From: an uncultured bacterium
GTDB taxonomy: Bacteria; Babelota; Babeliae; Babelales; Babelaceae
Assembly: GCA_963722385.1 (NCBI GenBank)
Contig: CAVRKK010000001.1
Coordinates: 160,001 to 224,000 of the forward strand
Direction of reading: 5' to 3'
Length of the DNA stretch: 64,000 bases
Shown: in pieces, positions 38,581-49,345 of the stretch
Layout: every line of letters starts with the position of its first letter
Position numbering within the stretch: position 1 is the first letter of the stretch
The notes under the pieces: generated by a model
The model's input: the letters and a program-made list of their open reading frames with translations, nothing else
Databases searched by the model: none
Told to the model about the DNA's origin: nothing
Program-made: the position numbers and the translations under genes

Positions 38581-39477
38581 TCAAGGGCAGATTTCTTCCT
38601 GAGAAAAGCTGAATTTCCCCAAAGTATAATAATATGAAAATGGTAGCATTGAACTAACGTCGAAGCATGCACCTTGCTGATTGGAGCGAATGGCGTAGTA
38701 ATAGTTCATCTCAAGATGTTCAGTCGTGCCACACCATGAATTGGGTCTTAAGTAATATGGCAGATCGGTATCTATAATAGCAAAATCACCAAGTGGCGTA
38801 ATTTTCACATTGCCAGGATTGCCATCGCAATGACCTGCCTGGTAGAGCAAGAACTTTACTCGTTCAAATAAGTCACTTTTTTGCTGCAAAAATTCGTTTA
38901 AGTCTATGTCGTCATTGTATAAATTTAACAATTTTAATTTTTCAGCAAGTAATACATAGAGCGTCGTTTCTGCTTCTTTAATTGAAACGATGCATTTCTC
39001 TGGCATAATAATATTCTGACATAACGAAGTATTCCGAGCGCAAATGTTTCTCAATACTTCGCGCCCTTGAATTCGTGCAACCGCAGCCCTAAATTTTATG
39101 ACATAATTTAGATTGGTATAGGTGCCAACCGGTGTATGTCCTTCGCCAAAGGTAACTATGCCTGCTTCTGATAGGTAAACTGGTTGTTTAAGGCTTACGT
39201 TTCGTGCAATATCAATAATAATCTTATTTTTGAGTACCTCATTAATTAACGAATCTTTACATCGATATTTTTCGATAAGTTCTTGTTCAGGCGGAAGGCC
39301 ATAAAGATCAGTCTTGTCCTGACAAGACAACCCTTGGATTATTATCGGTAAAGGGGTATACGTGGGTAAGCTTATATTAAACGGGTAGGGAAATCGTTGA
39401 TGCTCAAAATAACGTCCATGCTCACTTTTCAAATAAGCGGTGCTTATGGTGGCTAACAAAAAAAATAGTATATACAT
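38581..39477 (-). CDS. Secreted atypical kinase-like protein, paralog 2
   Basis: Tandem paralog with an identical GHCDGNPGNVKITPLGDFA core and a shorter C-terminus. Confidence 0.65.
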   Translation of the reverse strand: MYILFFLLATISTAYLKSEHGRYFEHQRFPYPFNISLPTYTPLPIIIQGLSCQDKTDLYGLPPEQELIEKYRCKDSLINEVLKNKIIIDIARNVSLKQPVYLSEAGIVTFGEGHTPVGTYTNLNYVIKFRAAVARIQGREVLRNICARNTSLCQNIIMPEKCIVSIKEAETTLYVLLAEKLKLLNLYNDDIDLNEFLQQKSDLFERVKFLLYQAGHCDGNPGNVKITPLGDFAIIDTDLPYYLRPNSWCGTTEHLEMNYYYAIRSNQQGACFDVSSMLPFSYYYTLGKFSFSQEEICP

Positions 39478-39737
39478 AGTCCCCCTTTAAGCATCAATTA
39501 TAAAAACAATAAGGCTTGTCAAGCAAGGGCTGCATTTTATTAACTTTAAAATAGGCAAAATTTTTGTGCTCAAGCGCTTGCAAAAATCGTGCATCCAAGC
39601 TCTCAAATCTTTGCAGCCCCTCCTTAAAAGAGATCCAGTAGTCCTGTTGTTAAGGTTAATTTTTTTAAGTATGATAGGGGAAATCAAATGAGGCTAATAT
39701 TATTATTGGCAATACAAACACGCGAAAGGATGAGCGT

Positions 39738-42700
39738 ATGTTTTTTAGGCGAAGTGTTCTCTATGCTTTTCTAATGTCTCTCTCGCTCGGGCTGCAAGCC
39801 ACCGGAACAGAGGCTGCATGCTCGGTGATTGAATCGGCTAATTATCCCGTACCGTTGGGTTCGACTTATCCGGTATCAGTGGCGGTTTCACCTAGTGGCT
39901 CCTATCTTGCTACGGCTAATGGTAGCTCAAATGATGTGACAATATTTACCGTAGGTTCGGGTGGGGCTCTGAGTAAGGCCGCCACTTATCTGTTACCCTC
40001 AGGTTCGACTGGTGTTCAATCAGTAGCATTCTCACCCAATGGTTCCTATCTTGCTACGGCTAATGGTAGCTCAAGCGACGTAACAATATTTACGGTAGGA
40101 TCAGGCGGAGCTCTCAGTAATGCGACTTCATATGCCTTGCCTTCGGGTTCTACAGACTCCACCTCAGTAGCATTTTCACCAGATAGTTCTTATCTCGGTG
40201 TTGCTTATTCTGGCGGCGTGACAATATTTACGGTTGGAGCTGGGGGAGATCTCAGTAATGGCACCTCATACGCATTACCCTCGGGTTCTTCATTTCCTTA
40301 CTCAGTAGCATTTTCACCGAACGGTTCCTATCTCGTTACTGCTAATTTTAACTCAGCAAATGTGACAATATTTAGCGTATCAGCAGGAGTTTTAAGTAAT
40401 GCTACTTCGTATGCATTGACGTCAGGTGTTGATAATCCCTATTCAGTAGCATTTTCAGCTGATAGCTCCTATCTTGCAACTGCTAATTATGATTCAAATA
40501 GCGTGACAATATTTACTGTTGGATCAGGAGGAGCATTAACTGGAACGACAAGTTACACATTGCCAAGCGGCTCAGCCTATCCTTATTCGGTGGCCTTTTC
40601 GCCTGATGGGTCGTATCTTGCAACTGCTAATTACACTTCAAATAATGTAACGATATTTACCGCGAGCTCCGGGACCCTAAGTAATCCGACTTCGTATGCC
40701 TTGCCATCGGGTTCTGCGTCTCCCAGCGCCGTAGCATTTTTACCCGATGGCTCTTATCTCGCCACCGCTAATGAAACTTCAAATGATGTAACAACGTTTG
40801 CTGTAGGTACAGGAGGAGCTCTGAGTAATGCTGCATCGTATGCATTGCCGCCAGGCTGTACAGCTCCTGCTACGGTGGCATTTTCACCGGATGGCCTCTA
40901 TCTTGCTGCTGCCAACGAAGATTCGAATAATGTGACAATATTTAGCGTAGAAGCCAATGGGACCCTTGATAAAGTTGCATTCTTTGCATTGCCATCGGGC
41001 TCTATATATCCTGTATCAGTGGCATTTTCGCCCAATGGCTTATATCTTGCTACGGCTAATCAAAGTTCAAATGATGTGACGATATTCACCGTAGGATCCG
41101 GTGGAGTGCTGAGTAATGCTTCATCGTATTCCTTGCCGTCGGGTTCTACCTTCCCGAAATCAGTGGCATTTTCACCTGATAGTTCCTATCTTGCTACTGC
41201 TAATCAAGGTTCAAATAATGTGACAATATTTAGTGTAGAAGCCGGTGGAAATTTAAGTAATGCGACTTCTTATGAGGTGTCAGCAGACGTGCCTTACTCA
41301 GTGGCATTTTCACCCAATGGTTCCTATCTTGCTACTGCTAATGCAGGTTCAAATAACGTGACAATATTTAGCGTAGGGACAGGTGGGATCCTTACAAGTG
41401 GTGGGACATATGCCCTACCGGCAAATACCTACGAGCCTTGCTCTTTGGCATTTTCTCCTAATAGCTCTTATCTTGCTACCGCTAATCAAGGTTCAAGTAA
41501 TGAGGTAGTAATATTTGCGGTAGAAGCAGGAGGGATTCTGAGTAATCCCGCTGCATATTCATTACCGCCAAGTTCTTCTTATCCTTACCAATTGGCATTT
41601 TCGCCCGATGGTTCTTATCTTGTTACGGCTAATAACAGTTCCGATGTCACCGTATTTCAAGTAAACCCAGAGGGAGTTCCCAACCATGCTGTCTCGTACG
41701 CCTTGCCACGAGGCGCGGCAGCGCCCTACTCAGTAGCATTTTCACCTAATGGGTCTTGTATTGCTACCGCTAGCCCTTACTCAAGCAACGTAACGCTCTT
41801 TAGGCTTGGCTGCTCTAGCCCAGCAGTCTCTTATGCTTTGCCAGGGGGCTCTCAAGAGCCAGACTCAGTAGCCTTTTCTCCGAATGGCGTATACCTTGCA
41901 ACGGCAAATTACAATTCAAGTGACGTAACACTTTTTGAAGTAAATTATAATAACACCATCAGCAATCTTCTTTTAAGAAGGTCTTTCCCTTTGCCAATGG
42001 GCTCATTGCAGCCTACCAGCATATCATTTTCTTCAGATAGCGCATATGTAGCAACCGCAAATAGCAATTCAAATGATGTTACCCTTTTTAAATTGCTCAA
42101 TGGCAACTTAACCTCAGCAACTTCCTATGCATTACCTACTGAGTCGAGTAACCCGATGTCATTGGCCTTTTCGCCTGATAATTCTTGCCTTGCAGTAGCC
42201 AACAGTAACTCAAGTGACGTAACACTGTTTAAGTTTGCTACAGGGCAATTGAATAACCCAATTTCTTATGCATTACCGTCTGGATCGTTATATCCCGCAG
42301 CAATCATATTTGCTCCTGATGGCACCTACCTTCTAACAGCAAATGCAGAATCAAGCGATGTAACCCTCTTTCAGGTAACAGATGGCGCGTTAAATAACGG
42401 TATTTCTCAACCTCTTCCAGCTGGCTCGGTAGAACCACGGTCAATAGCGCTTATAGACGATGATAAAAATAACCTATTGTTTGGTACTGCTAATACACTT
42501 TCGCATGATATAACTATTTTTACTTTAACGGTAGGCACACTTAATAGTGGTATATCATATCAACTCCCAGCTGGCGCGCTTACACCCGTATCGCTTGTCG
42601 CTTCCTCCAATGGCGAGTTCGTTGCTACTGCCAATAGCGCTTCTAATACCATTACCCTTTTTAAAAATAATAATGGTCGCTTAAACAATGGCACCTCGTA

Positions 42701-43034
42701 CGACCTGCCTGCTAATTCTACAGATTGCGTGTCGATAGCTATTGCTCCTCTGCTTAGTTTCAATGGAAGTACGCCTATTGCTACCGCCAATTTTTACTCA
42801 AATGATGTATCACTTTTCCCGCTGTTTGGTTCTGACATCGGAGATGGCTCATCGGGAGATGGCTCAGGAAACTCAAGCGGCGGCAATTCTGATTTGGGTA
42901 TTATCCTCGGAACGATCCTAGGATTTGGGGGAGGAACTCTAACCGGGATAACTATAGCCGGCATCGCTGCTTATATCATATTCCGGTATCTGCCAAAAAG
43001 GGGAAAAGACTCTGCTTATATGCCAGAAATATAA
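39738..43034 (+). CDS. Surface protein: 21 beta-propeller blades (3 x 7) plus C-terminal TM and short tail
   Basis: 21 repeats counted of type YxLPSGSxxPxSVAFSPxGSYLATANxxSNxVTIF; signal; Gly/Ser linker; TM. Confidence 0.88.
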   Translation: MFFRRSVLYAFLMSLSLGLQATGTEAACSVIESANYPVPLGSTYPVSVAVSPSGSYLATANGSSNDVTIFTVGSGGALSKAATYLLPSGSTGVQSVAFSPNGSYLATANGSSSDVTIFTVGSGGALSNATSYALPSGSTDSTSVAFSPDSSYLGVAYSGGVTIFTVGAGGDLSNGTSYALPSGSSFPYSVAFSPNGSYLVTANFNSANVTIFSVSAGVLSNATSYALTSGVDNPYSVAFSADSSYLATANYDSNSVTIFTVGSGGALTGTTSYTLPSGSAYPYSVAFSPDGSYLATANYTSNNVTIFTASSGTLSNPTSYALPSGSASPSAVAFLPDGSYLATANETSNDVTTFAVGTGGALSNAASYALPPGCTAPATVAFSPDGLYLAAANEDSNNVTIFSVEANGTLDKVAFFALPSGSIYPVSVAFSPNGLYLATANQSSNDVTIFTVGSGGVLSNASSYSLPSGSTFPKSVAFSPDSSYLATANQGSNNVTIFSVEAGGNLSNATSYEVSADVPYSVAFSPNGSYLATANAGSNNVTIFSVGTGGILTSGGTYALPANTYEPCSLAFSPNSSYLATANQGSSNEVVIFAVEAGGILSNPAAYSLPPSSSYPYQLAFSPDGSYLVTANNSSDVTVFQVNPEGVPNHAVSYALPRGAAAPYSVAFSPNGSCIATASPYSSNVTLFRLGCSSPAVSYALPGGSQEPDSVAFSPNGVYLATANYNSSDVTLFEVNYNNTISNLLLRRSFPLPMGSLQPTSISFSSDSAYVATANSNSNDVTLFKLLNGNLTSATSYALPTESSNPMSLAFSPDNSCLAVANSNSSDVTLFKFATGQLNNPISYALPSGSLYPAAIIFAPDGTYLLTANAESSDVTLFQVTDGALNNGISQPLPAGSVEPRSIALIDDDKNNLLFGTANTLSHDITIFTLTVGTLNSGISYQLPAGALTPVSLVASSNGEFVATANSASNTITLFKNNNGRLNNGTSYDLPANSTDCVSIAIAPLLSFNGSTPIATANFYSNDVSLFPLFGSDIGDGSSGDGSGNSSGGNSDLGIILGTILGFGGGTLTGITIAGIAAYIIFRYLPKRGKDSAYMPEI

Positions 43035-43102
43035 ACCATAATTCTGAAGCACGGTACTCTCATAAGAGTACCGTGCCAAGTGGTAATTATTACCGCGAGC
43101 TC

Positions 43103-44818
43103 TTATTTTTTGGCAGGCGGTGGCTGCGAAGAGGCCTTTGTTTCTGATACCGTTTTTCGCATTGGTAGAGGAGCAGGGGTGATCGTCTCCACAAAATCTG
43201 GCTGCCCTGGCCACCACAAGCCCGGCAACATTTCAATCTTTGATGCCCAGCCAAAGTCGCTAAGTGCAGGCGGTTGCCTTGAAGAAGGGTTGGGAATAGG
43301 ATCTATTGTTACTTTCAGACGAGCCGGCTGCCCAAGGCCTATCGCACTATCTACGTTAGCTGTGACGAGTGAGCAGCCGTTGGCCATTTGTCGACCGCTT
43401 GGACAATACAAGGTATCATTGTCGCAAACAGCCAGTGAGTTTGTCTGGCAGCACATTTGTCCCGTGTTGAGCTCATAAGCTAATAGATACGTCAATGCGT
43501 AAAAAACATTGGTTCGAGCATCTCTTCCTATAAAAATCACTGGTTGACAACTATTTAAAGGGTCGCGAGCATATAAAATAATGGTTTGATAGGTTGAGCT
43601 AGTGCCATAGGCGCCTAAAGCCAGTGAAGGATAAAGATCTGTTATTTGAGGCATGAGCGCGATGTGTCGCTTGGTAGAAAGGCGATTCGCCGCTGGATCG
43701 TGTTGATTTTTTCCGTAGAGCGTGAATCTGCCATCAGGATTCATGGGACCTTCACTCTGCGCGTTATATCCGCTTGAAAGAAAAGTTATTGGATAGGTCT
43801 GACCGCCAAGGGAGATCGTTGGTTGGCTTCCTGATTGGCTAATCGCGCTATAAATTTGATTAATAAAGCCCCAAGGCGATTTGTTGGGGCCGTCGCCATT
43901 AGCGAGCGCATAGGCGATAGTTCCGGGCGCCGCCGTTTCCAAGTGGGTGTCAGGGTCTTCCGCTGCATAATAGAGCGGTGCGGTTGTTATTGCCATATCA
44001 AAGGTAACATTCGTGTTATTGACAAGAGTATCTAAGTAAACATAATCAACGGCCTGGCCGAGTGAATTTTGCTCGTTAAGGGTATCTTGGGGGCCATAAT
44101 GACCGCTTAGGTTGTAATTTGGGGTTTTGACATCGAAGGTAGCATCAAGAGCAGGGCGCTTGCAGCTAAGGTTTGTTGGGCAATTCGAGACGCATGACGT
44201 CGGAAACCCAACAGGCTTCTGACACTCGAGCAAGCTTTTGGGCTGAGAACCCAAAAAAACTGCGCCGGTAAAGGTATTTGCCGGTATTTCAGCTTGATAT
44301 CCCGATCCCTGATCAGACGTTACAAAAACCGAGGTCTTACCAAGATTCTTAAAACTGATGGTGCCCGTCGGGCTCGTTCCATGTGCCAGATAATCGCCTT
44401 GGCGCCATATATATGTTGAACACACATGGGTGCCGCCCAGCAAGCTTGCAGCAAATCCAGACCCTTTGGACTCGATCACGATGGTTTCACTCGTTCTCTG
44501 AGAATTATAAGAAGAATCTACCCGAATATCACTTTTAGGTAGGGATGCCCCATTAACCTCAATAGAATTATCAGCAGCTTCAAGCATGCAGCCGCCAACG
44601 CGAGGCTGCCAATTTTCCCAGGCATAATTGGTTGAACTTGAAGCGCTTATGGTAAAGGCTTGCGTAATACCAGCAGGACAATTGCCATGGCTGGGACGCA
44701 GCTTCACCGTTATTTCTTGATTGGTATTGTTGCATATCCTGGTCGAGAAGCCAAAAAGCTCGGCTGTTGATAAGCCAATGACTAACAGACCAACTACAAA
44801 GCAAGCAAATTTCTTCAT
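43103..44818 (-). CDS. Secreted Cys-rich hypothetical protein
   Basis: 571-aa ORF with signal peptide and RBS aaggaa. Confidence 0.75.
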   Translation of the reverse strand: MKKFACFVVGLLVIGLSTAELFGFSTRICNNTNQEITVKLRPSHGNCPAGITQAFTISASSSTNYAWENWQPRVGGCMLEAADNSIEVNGASLPKSDIRVDSSYNSQRTSETIVIESKGSGFAASLLGGTHVCSTYIWRQGDYLAHGTSPTGTISFKNLGKTSVFVTSDQGSGYQAEIPANTFTGAVFLGSQPKSLLECQKPVGFPTSCVSNCPTNLSCKRPALDATFDVKTPNYNLSGHYGPQDTLNEQNSLGQAVDYVYLDTLVNNTNVTFDMAITTAPLYYAAEDPDTHLETAAPGTIAYALANGDGPNKSPWGFINQIYSAISQSGSQPTISLGGQTYPITFLSSGYNAQSEGPMNPDGRFTLYGKNQHDPAANRLSTKRHIALMPQITDLYPSLALGAYGTSSTYQTIILYARDPLNSCQPVIFIGRDARTNVFYALTYLLAYELNTGQMCCQTNSLAVCDNDTLYCPSGRQMANGCSLVTANVDSAIGLGQPARLKVTIDPIPNPSSRQPPALSDFGWASKIEMLPGLWWPGQPDFVETITPAPLPMRKTVSETKASSQPPPAKK

Positions 44819-44941
44819 GATATTTCCTTTTTTATAGTTAATTTCGCTTACGTTAATTCAATTATAAATTAACCAAAAAGAAAATAGCAAGATTTATGTG
44901 GATCTCGTAACTACTAACTTAAAATTGCTTGCGTTAAAACT

Positions 44942-45340
44942 TCACGCCTCAAGACACCGTTTGCATGCCATAACACACTCATTGCATGCACGGGCACAAT
45001 CGGTACAAAAATCGACACATCCCTTGCTTGGCCCTAATGAGCACTGTTGAGCACACCCGCTACATATCTTGATGCACTCTTCACACTTTTGTATACATTC
45101 ATTGAGCAGTTTCACATGGGCCTCATTGACCGCTTCGGCCAAATGCTGACGGCACTCTTTAATACATTCACGGCAAGCATCAATGCATTTTTTGCACGCT
45201 GCAACACATGAAGAGCAATCCATAGCACATTGCTCCCCAGAACCACAGGCAACAACCCGTTGGCACAAGCGGCTACACTCTTGGCATGCCCTGACACAAG
45301 CGTTACAGGCGTCTATCATCTTTTGCGGCATATGGTGCAT
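44942..45340 (-). CDS. Cys-rich four-helix-bundle copper storage protein (DUF326/Csp-like)
   Basis: Repeated CxxCxxxCxxC helical spacing. Confidence 0.8.
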   Translation of the reverse strand: MHHMPQKMIDACNACVRACQECSRLCQRVVACGSGEQCAMDCSSCVAACKKCIDACRECIKECRQHLAEAVNEAHVKLLNECIQKCEECIKICSGCAQQCSLGPSKGCVDFCTDCARACNECVMACKRCLEA

Positions 45341-45505
45341 GAATAACCCCCCTTATGATACTTCTGCTTTCAAAGTAATACATAATGAGCGGGCATTGCA
45401 AGTATCGTATGTTTGTATAGCTTTTTATATAAATTTCTACCATTTTTTTATAGTTATGATATTTTTATTAATATGAATCTTATTTTTTGCACTAAGGATC
45501 TGATT

Positions 45506-47419
45506 ATGTTTATTAAAAATTTGGCAATTTTAAGCATAGGCTTGATAGGGGCATGGCCGATTCATACCGGTGGCGAGCCTTGGGAAATAGCACTTGGTAA
45601 AATGGAGAGAGCGCTTCGAAACGTGCGAGTTGAACCAGAGCCGATGCCTATTGATGATAATCTCTACGCTGAACTGATGCAGTTGATCTTTCCGCCTCAG
45701 CATAATCGTGTTAACCAAGAGGAAACACAGCTTGCTCTTGGTTTAGAATACGTACGCAATTTATCTGAACTGCAGGGGGCACGCGAAAATCAGCCACTAC
45801 CCGGACGCTCTACAACGCGCTTGCGCCGCCTGCGTATGCCACGAATAAACAGCATCATCCATGAGGTTGCCAAAGCCTGTAAGCGAAAGCTCAAAGCTGA
45901 CCCTCAAGGCACACACCTTCTTGACGGGCTAAGCTTTGTGCCGACATTTTATATTTCATTAGCGCTTTCTGAGCTTTTTACGCGCTATGGTTTGCCGATA
46001 GTCTATCGAGAGCATCCTGCAATATTCCGCTCCGTTATCCTGGCGAGAGATCATACAACTCCTCAACAACCAATCGTAAAGGGCCTTATTGAGCATAATG
46101 CGCCACCGCTCGCTGACACAGCCGATTACCGACGAATTCCTATTTTTAACATCGTTTATCTACGCTCTTTAGAAACGCTCTTATCCGCTGTTAGTCAGCT
46201 TGCACAGGTAATTGTTAACGAAAACCAAGACTTGCTTGCCTTATTTTCTCAAGTAAGCCAAGAAGAGATACTGCAAGAAATGAAAGTAGATCAATACGTA
46301 TGGCAATGGCTTGAGACGGTAAATGCCATGCATCCAAATCTTTGGACCGCCTTTGTGCTTTATGGATTTCTTGTATCGCAAGAAAGTCGTTTTAATATAA
46401 ACCTTGAAGGTGCACAGCGATTAATTCAGGAACCGGAGCTGCTGGGTGCTGGAACAACCGGCAAAATGGTCAGTGCGTACCTACGTATGGTTTATAACGA
46501 ACGCCTTATATATAAGTTAATGCGAGTTTTTGTACGTCCTTATGCCGAGCTGTTTGCTCATTTCAGCGATAAACCTCTACCAGCCGATAATACTTCACTT
46601 GATAACAACGATATAGAAGAAGTACTAGAAGAATATAGTCGCGCCTTTGCTCGAGAAGGTAAAATCAGCGAAAAAGCTTCCCGTTACGCTCAATTAGAAC
46701 AGCAGCAAGCTGAGCAAGAACCAAGCTCCTCACGAATTACACCCGTCCAGCCTATCTCAAGCCCGGTACTCGATGATGAAAGCATAGCTCGCGTGGAAAA
46801 AGAGCGTGAACGTAAAAAAGAAAAGAGGAAAGAAAAAGAAAAAGAGAAAGAAGAATCTGAAGAGGTTCAGCCGCACCCTCACAAAAAGCAAGAACATGAC
46901 CATAAGGAGAAGCAACAGAATACCTCTTCTGAAGAGCAATTTAACGAACAAGCGTATCCGCAAGAGCGGGTTTGGTCGTTGTGGCCCACGGAGCGTGCGC
47001 GATTTATGGAATCTTTCTTCAGCGTCAATTCACATTTAGCAACTCATCCCGTCTTTCAAGCGTTCAAGAATCCTTATATTGGCAATCACAAAATAACACA
47101 GCAAAATATCGACAACTTTTTTAAACAAATCGCTAAAGCACTCATGAGCTTTTTGTTAGTTGAGCACCGTTACAGCAAACAAGCGATTGAGGCTTTTGTT
47201 AAAGATTTTTTAAAGCATGCTTTAGGCACGCGTCATAATATGCATAATGAGGGGCATACCCAAAAGCTGCCACCAAACTATATTGCCCACCGTCGAGGAG
47301 CGCTTATTATTTTTGGTGTTTTGCCCTCAGCAGAATTTAAAGCACTCGGCAAGGATGGCCAAACCTATCATGAAAAGCATCTCGCCCGCTTATTTGAAAA
47401 GAGCCAAGCATTGCCTTGA
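45506..47419 (+). CDS. Secreted hypothetical protein with K/E-rich charged tract
   Basis: Long ORF, signal-like N-terminus, KERERKKEKRKEKEKEK. Confidence 0.7.
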   Translation: MFIKNLAILSIGLIGAWPIHTGGEPWEIALGKMERALRNVRVEPEPMPIDDNLYAELMQLIFPPQHNRVNQEETQLALGLEYVRNLSELQGARENQPLPGRSTTRLRRLRMPRINSIIHEVAKACKRKLKADPQGTHLLDGLSFVPTFYISLALSELFTRYGLPIVYREHPAIFRSVILARDHTTPQQPIVKGLIEHNAPPLADTADYRRIPIFNIVYLRSLETLLSAVSQLAQVIVNENQDLLALFSQVSQEEILQEMKVDQYVWQWLETVNAMHPNLWTAFVLYGFLVSQESRFNINLEGAQRLIQEPELLGAGTTGKMVSAYLRMVYNERLIYKLMRVFVRPYAELFAHFSDKPLPADNTSLDNNDIEEVLEEYSRAFAREGKISEKASRYAQLEQQQAEQEPSSSRITPVQPISSPVLDDESIARVEKERERKKEKRKEKEKEKEESEEVQPHPHKKQEHDHKEKQQNTSSEEQFNEQAYPQERVWSLWPTERARFMESFFSVNSHLATHPVFQAFKNPYIGNHKITQQNIDNFFKQIAKALMSFLLVEHRYSKQAIEAFVKDFLKHALGTRHNMHNEGHTQKLPPNYIAHRRGALIIFGVLPSAEFKALGKDGQTYHEKHLARLFEKSQALP

Positions 47420-48839
47420 TCGGCGCTTTGAACCCATGTGGATAAGAAAATAAGGATGAAGGCAGTGCTTCGAGGCGCTCGGCAAGGCGCCACTGAGCCT
47501 CGATTTCATCTCTGCTTACACTGCCCATGACGTCGCCGCCAATTATACGTGCAAGTAGCACCGTATATGCTTCCACCGAAGTGATCGGGAACCTAAGATT
47601 GATCCGGCACTGCTCCATCAAGGTATTTGGTGTTTTTAGTGGCAGGCTTAATACGATTTCCTCATGTGGCGCCAAGCGAAAAGTAAGCGTTACCGGTTTT
47701 TTACAACAGTGTCCCTTTTCTGCCAAAACTATTTCAAACTCGGTTGCTTTTTGCGCTAACTTTTTTCCGGCTCGTATAAAAATAGGGAAGTTAACCAGGC
47801 GGCTTTTCAATGTTGCATAAGCATACGTGGGGATGCTCGAATTTGGGCTCACATTGGCTTCTTGCTGGTATCCCTCGTATTGGCCAAGCATGCAATCTAT
47901 CGGATAGAGTGACCTTAAGAAATTTGCTTTCTCGGCGGGGCTTTCGCCAGCTAAAAATGAAGCCATAATCTGCAAGGCATGATTTTGGATAACGTCGCTT
48001 ACAACCCCCACTTTTTCGTAAAAGTTCCCACGTCCTTCTATGCCTATAGTTTCATCAAATATTACGCTGGCTTGTACGATAGCAAATTCTTTTTTGAGAT
48101 ACCTGATGATAGGATAGGCATATCCAATCAATGTTTTAGTTAAATAATGGTCGACGCGATATGCTTGGCTACCGTCTAAACAAGAATCGATACATGAATT
48201 AAGCTTCTGCGCCGATGCCATGTTAGCGCCAAAAGGCTTTTCATAGACGATGCGGTGATTCTTAGCCCCTCTTTTTATAAGCTGGTTCTCTAAGGAGCTT
48301 TTGGTAAGCGAGCAGAAGCTATCCGCGGGGGTTGCTAAGTACAATATTCGCTGACTGTCTAAAGCAAGCTGTTTCGATTTTTTATCAACAAAATCGCTAA
48401 GAAACCGTATATCGTCACTATCGTTGGTTGCTTTCACGTAGTAAGTCATCTTTTCCAGTGCTCTGAGCACCGAAGGATCTTTTTCAGTCATAAAGGGAGC
48501 GGCATCTTCTAAGATGTCCTGAACCTTCCCGTCGGAGCGGCCTATGCCAACTATGACACCATGCATCCCCCTTTTGACGAGCTGATAAAGCGCTGGCACC
48601 AACTTGCGCTTTGCCAAGTCGCCCGTAAAGCCCGCAACGATAAATACACCGTTAAAGGTAATTTCCTGCAATGAACTTGTGCATGATGTTGAAACACCAG
48701 CAAGTTTCTGGACAAGAGGCAGGTAGGCCTCAAGGTCATCTGATGCGGGGCATGTGAGATCGGAAAAGAATCCAGTTAAATTTGCGCTTAATATGAAAAA
48801 AAGAAAAATATTAAAAATAAAAAGTGTTCTGTTTGGCAT
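47337..48839 (-). CDS. zwf: Glucose-6-phosphate dehydrogenase-like protein with N-terminal signal-like extension
   Basis: GFTGDLAKRKLVPAL, LYLATP, EKPFG, RVDHYLTK, DVIQNH, RAGK. Confidence 0.8.
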   Translation of the reverse strand: MPNRTLFIFNIFLFFILSANLTGFFSDLTCPASDDLEAYLPLVQKLAGVSTSCTSSLQEITFNGVFIVAGFTGDLAKRKLVPALYQLVKRGMHGVIVGIGRSDGKVQDILEDAAPFMTEKDPSVLRALEKMTYYVKATNDSDDIRFLSDFVDKKSKQLALDSQRILYLATPADSFCSLTKSSLENQLIKRGAKNHRIVYEKPFGANMASAQKLNSCIDSCLDGSQAYRVDHYLTKTLIGYAYPIIRYLKKEFAIVQASVIFDETIGIEGRGNFYEKVGVVSDVIQNHALQIMASFLAGESPAEKANFLRSLYPIDCMLGQYEGYQQEANVSPNSSIPTYAYATLKSRLVNFPIFIRAGKKLAQKATEFEIVLAEKGHCCKKPVTLTFRLAPHEEIVLSLPLKTPNTLMEQCRINLRFPITSVEAYTVLLARIIGGDVMGSVSRDEIEAQWRLAERLEALPSSLFSYPHGFKAPIKAMLGSFQISGRDAFHDRFGHPCRVL

Positions 48840-48895
48840 ATTTCACCTCACGTATAACCATAGCATAGTTAGCGCCGCTGGTAAAGTGAAGCATG

Positions 48896-49225
48896 TCATT
48901 TTAAGGAAGCGAGCTCCTTGACCAGAAAGTGTGTGAGCACCGTGCGTATAATAACAAGAATGGATAGTATACCAATCTCATAATAATCTGGCGTAACGAT
49001 GGTGCGAATGATATCGCCCGCGAGAAAGAACTCGAGCCCGAGTGCGATGCTTCGCCCAAGTTCGAGTCGTATGATGTCGATGGACCTGCCGGTTGCTCGC
49101 TTGTGTATAAGGCCCTTAAAAAAGTGAGTGAGGGAATATACGGCCCCGATGATAAGGGCCCCAACACCAATTGCCTCAAATGAAGCAGCTACCCGAGCCA
49201 AAAACCAAGCATACTGGCTTTGCAT
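48896..49225 (-). CDS. DUF1622 membrane protein
   Basis: RLELGRSIALGLEFFLAGDIIRT...IRTVL. Confidence 0.88.
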   Translation of the reverse strand: MQSQYAWFLARVAASFEAIGVGALIIGAVYSLTHFFKGLIHKRATGRSIDIIRLELGRSIALGLEFFLAGDIIRTIVTPDYYEIGILSILVIIRTVLTHFLVKELASLK

Positions 49226-49345
49226 AAGCCCTCCCCATTTTTCTTAGGGTACCTGATGCCATTGCACATCCGCAAGTTTCTTTTTTAAGCCTTGCTTTTG
49301 TTGCCTCTCTTCTTGTATATTACTTAAAATCTCTTGGTGAGGCCT

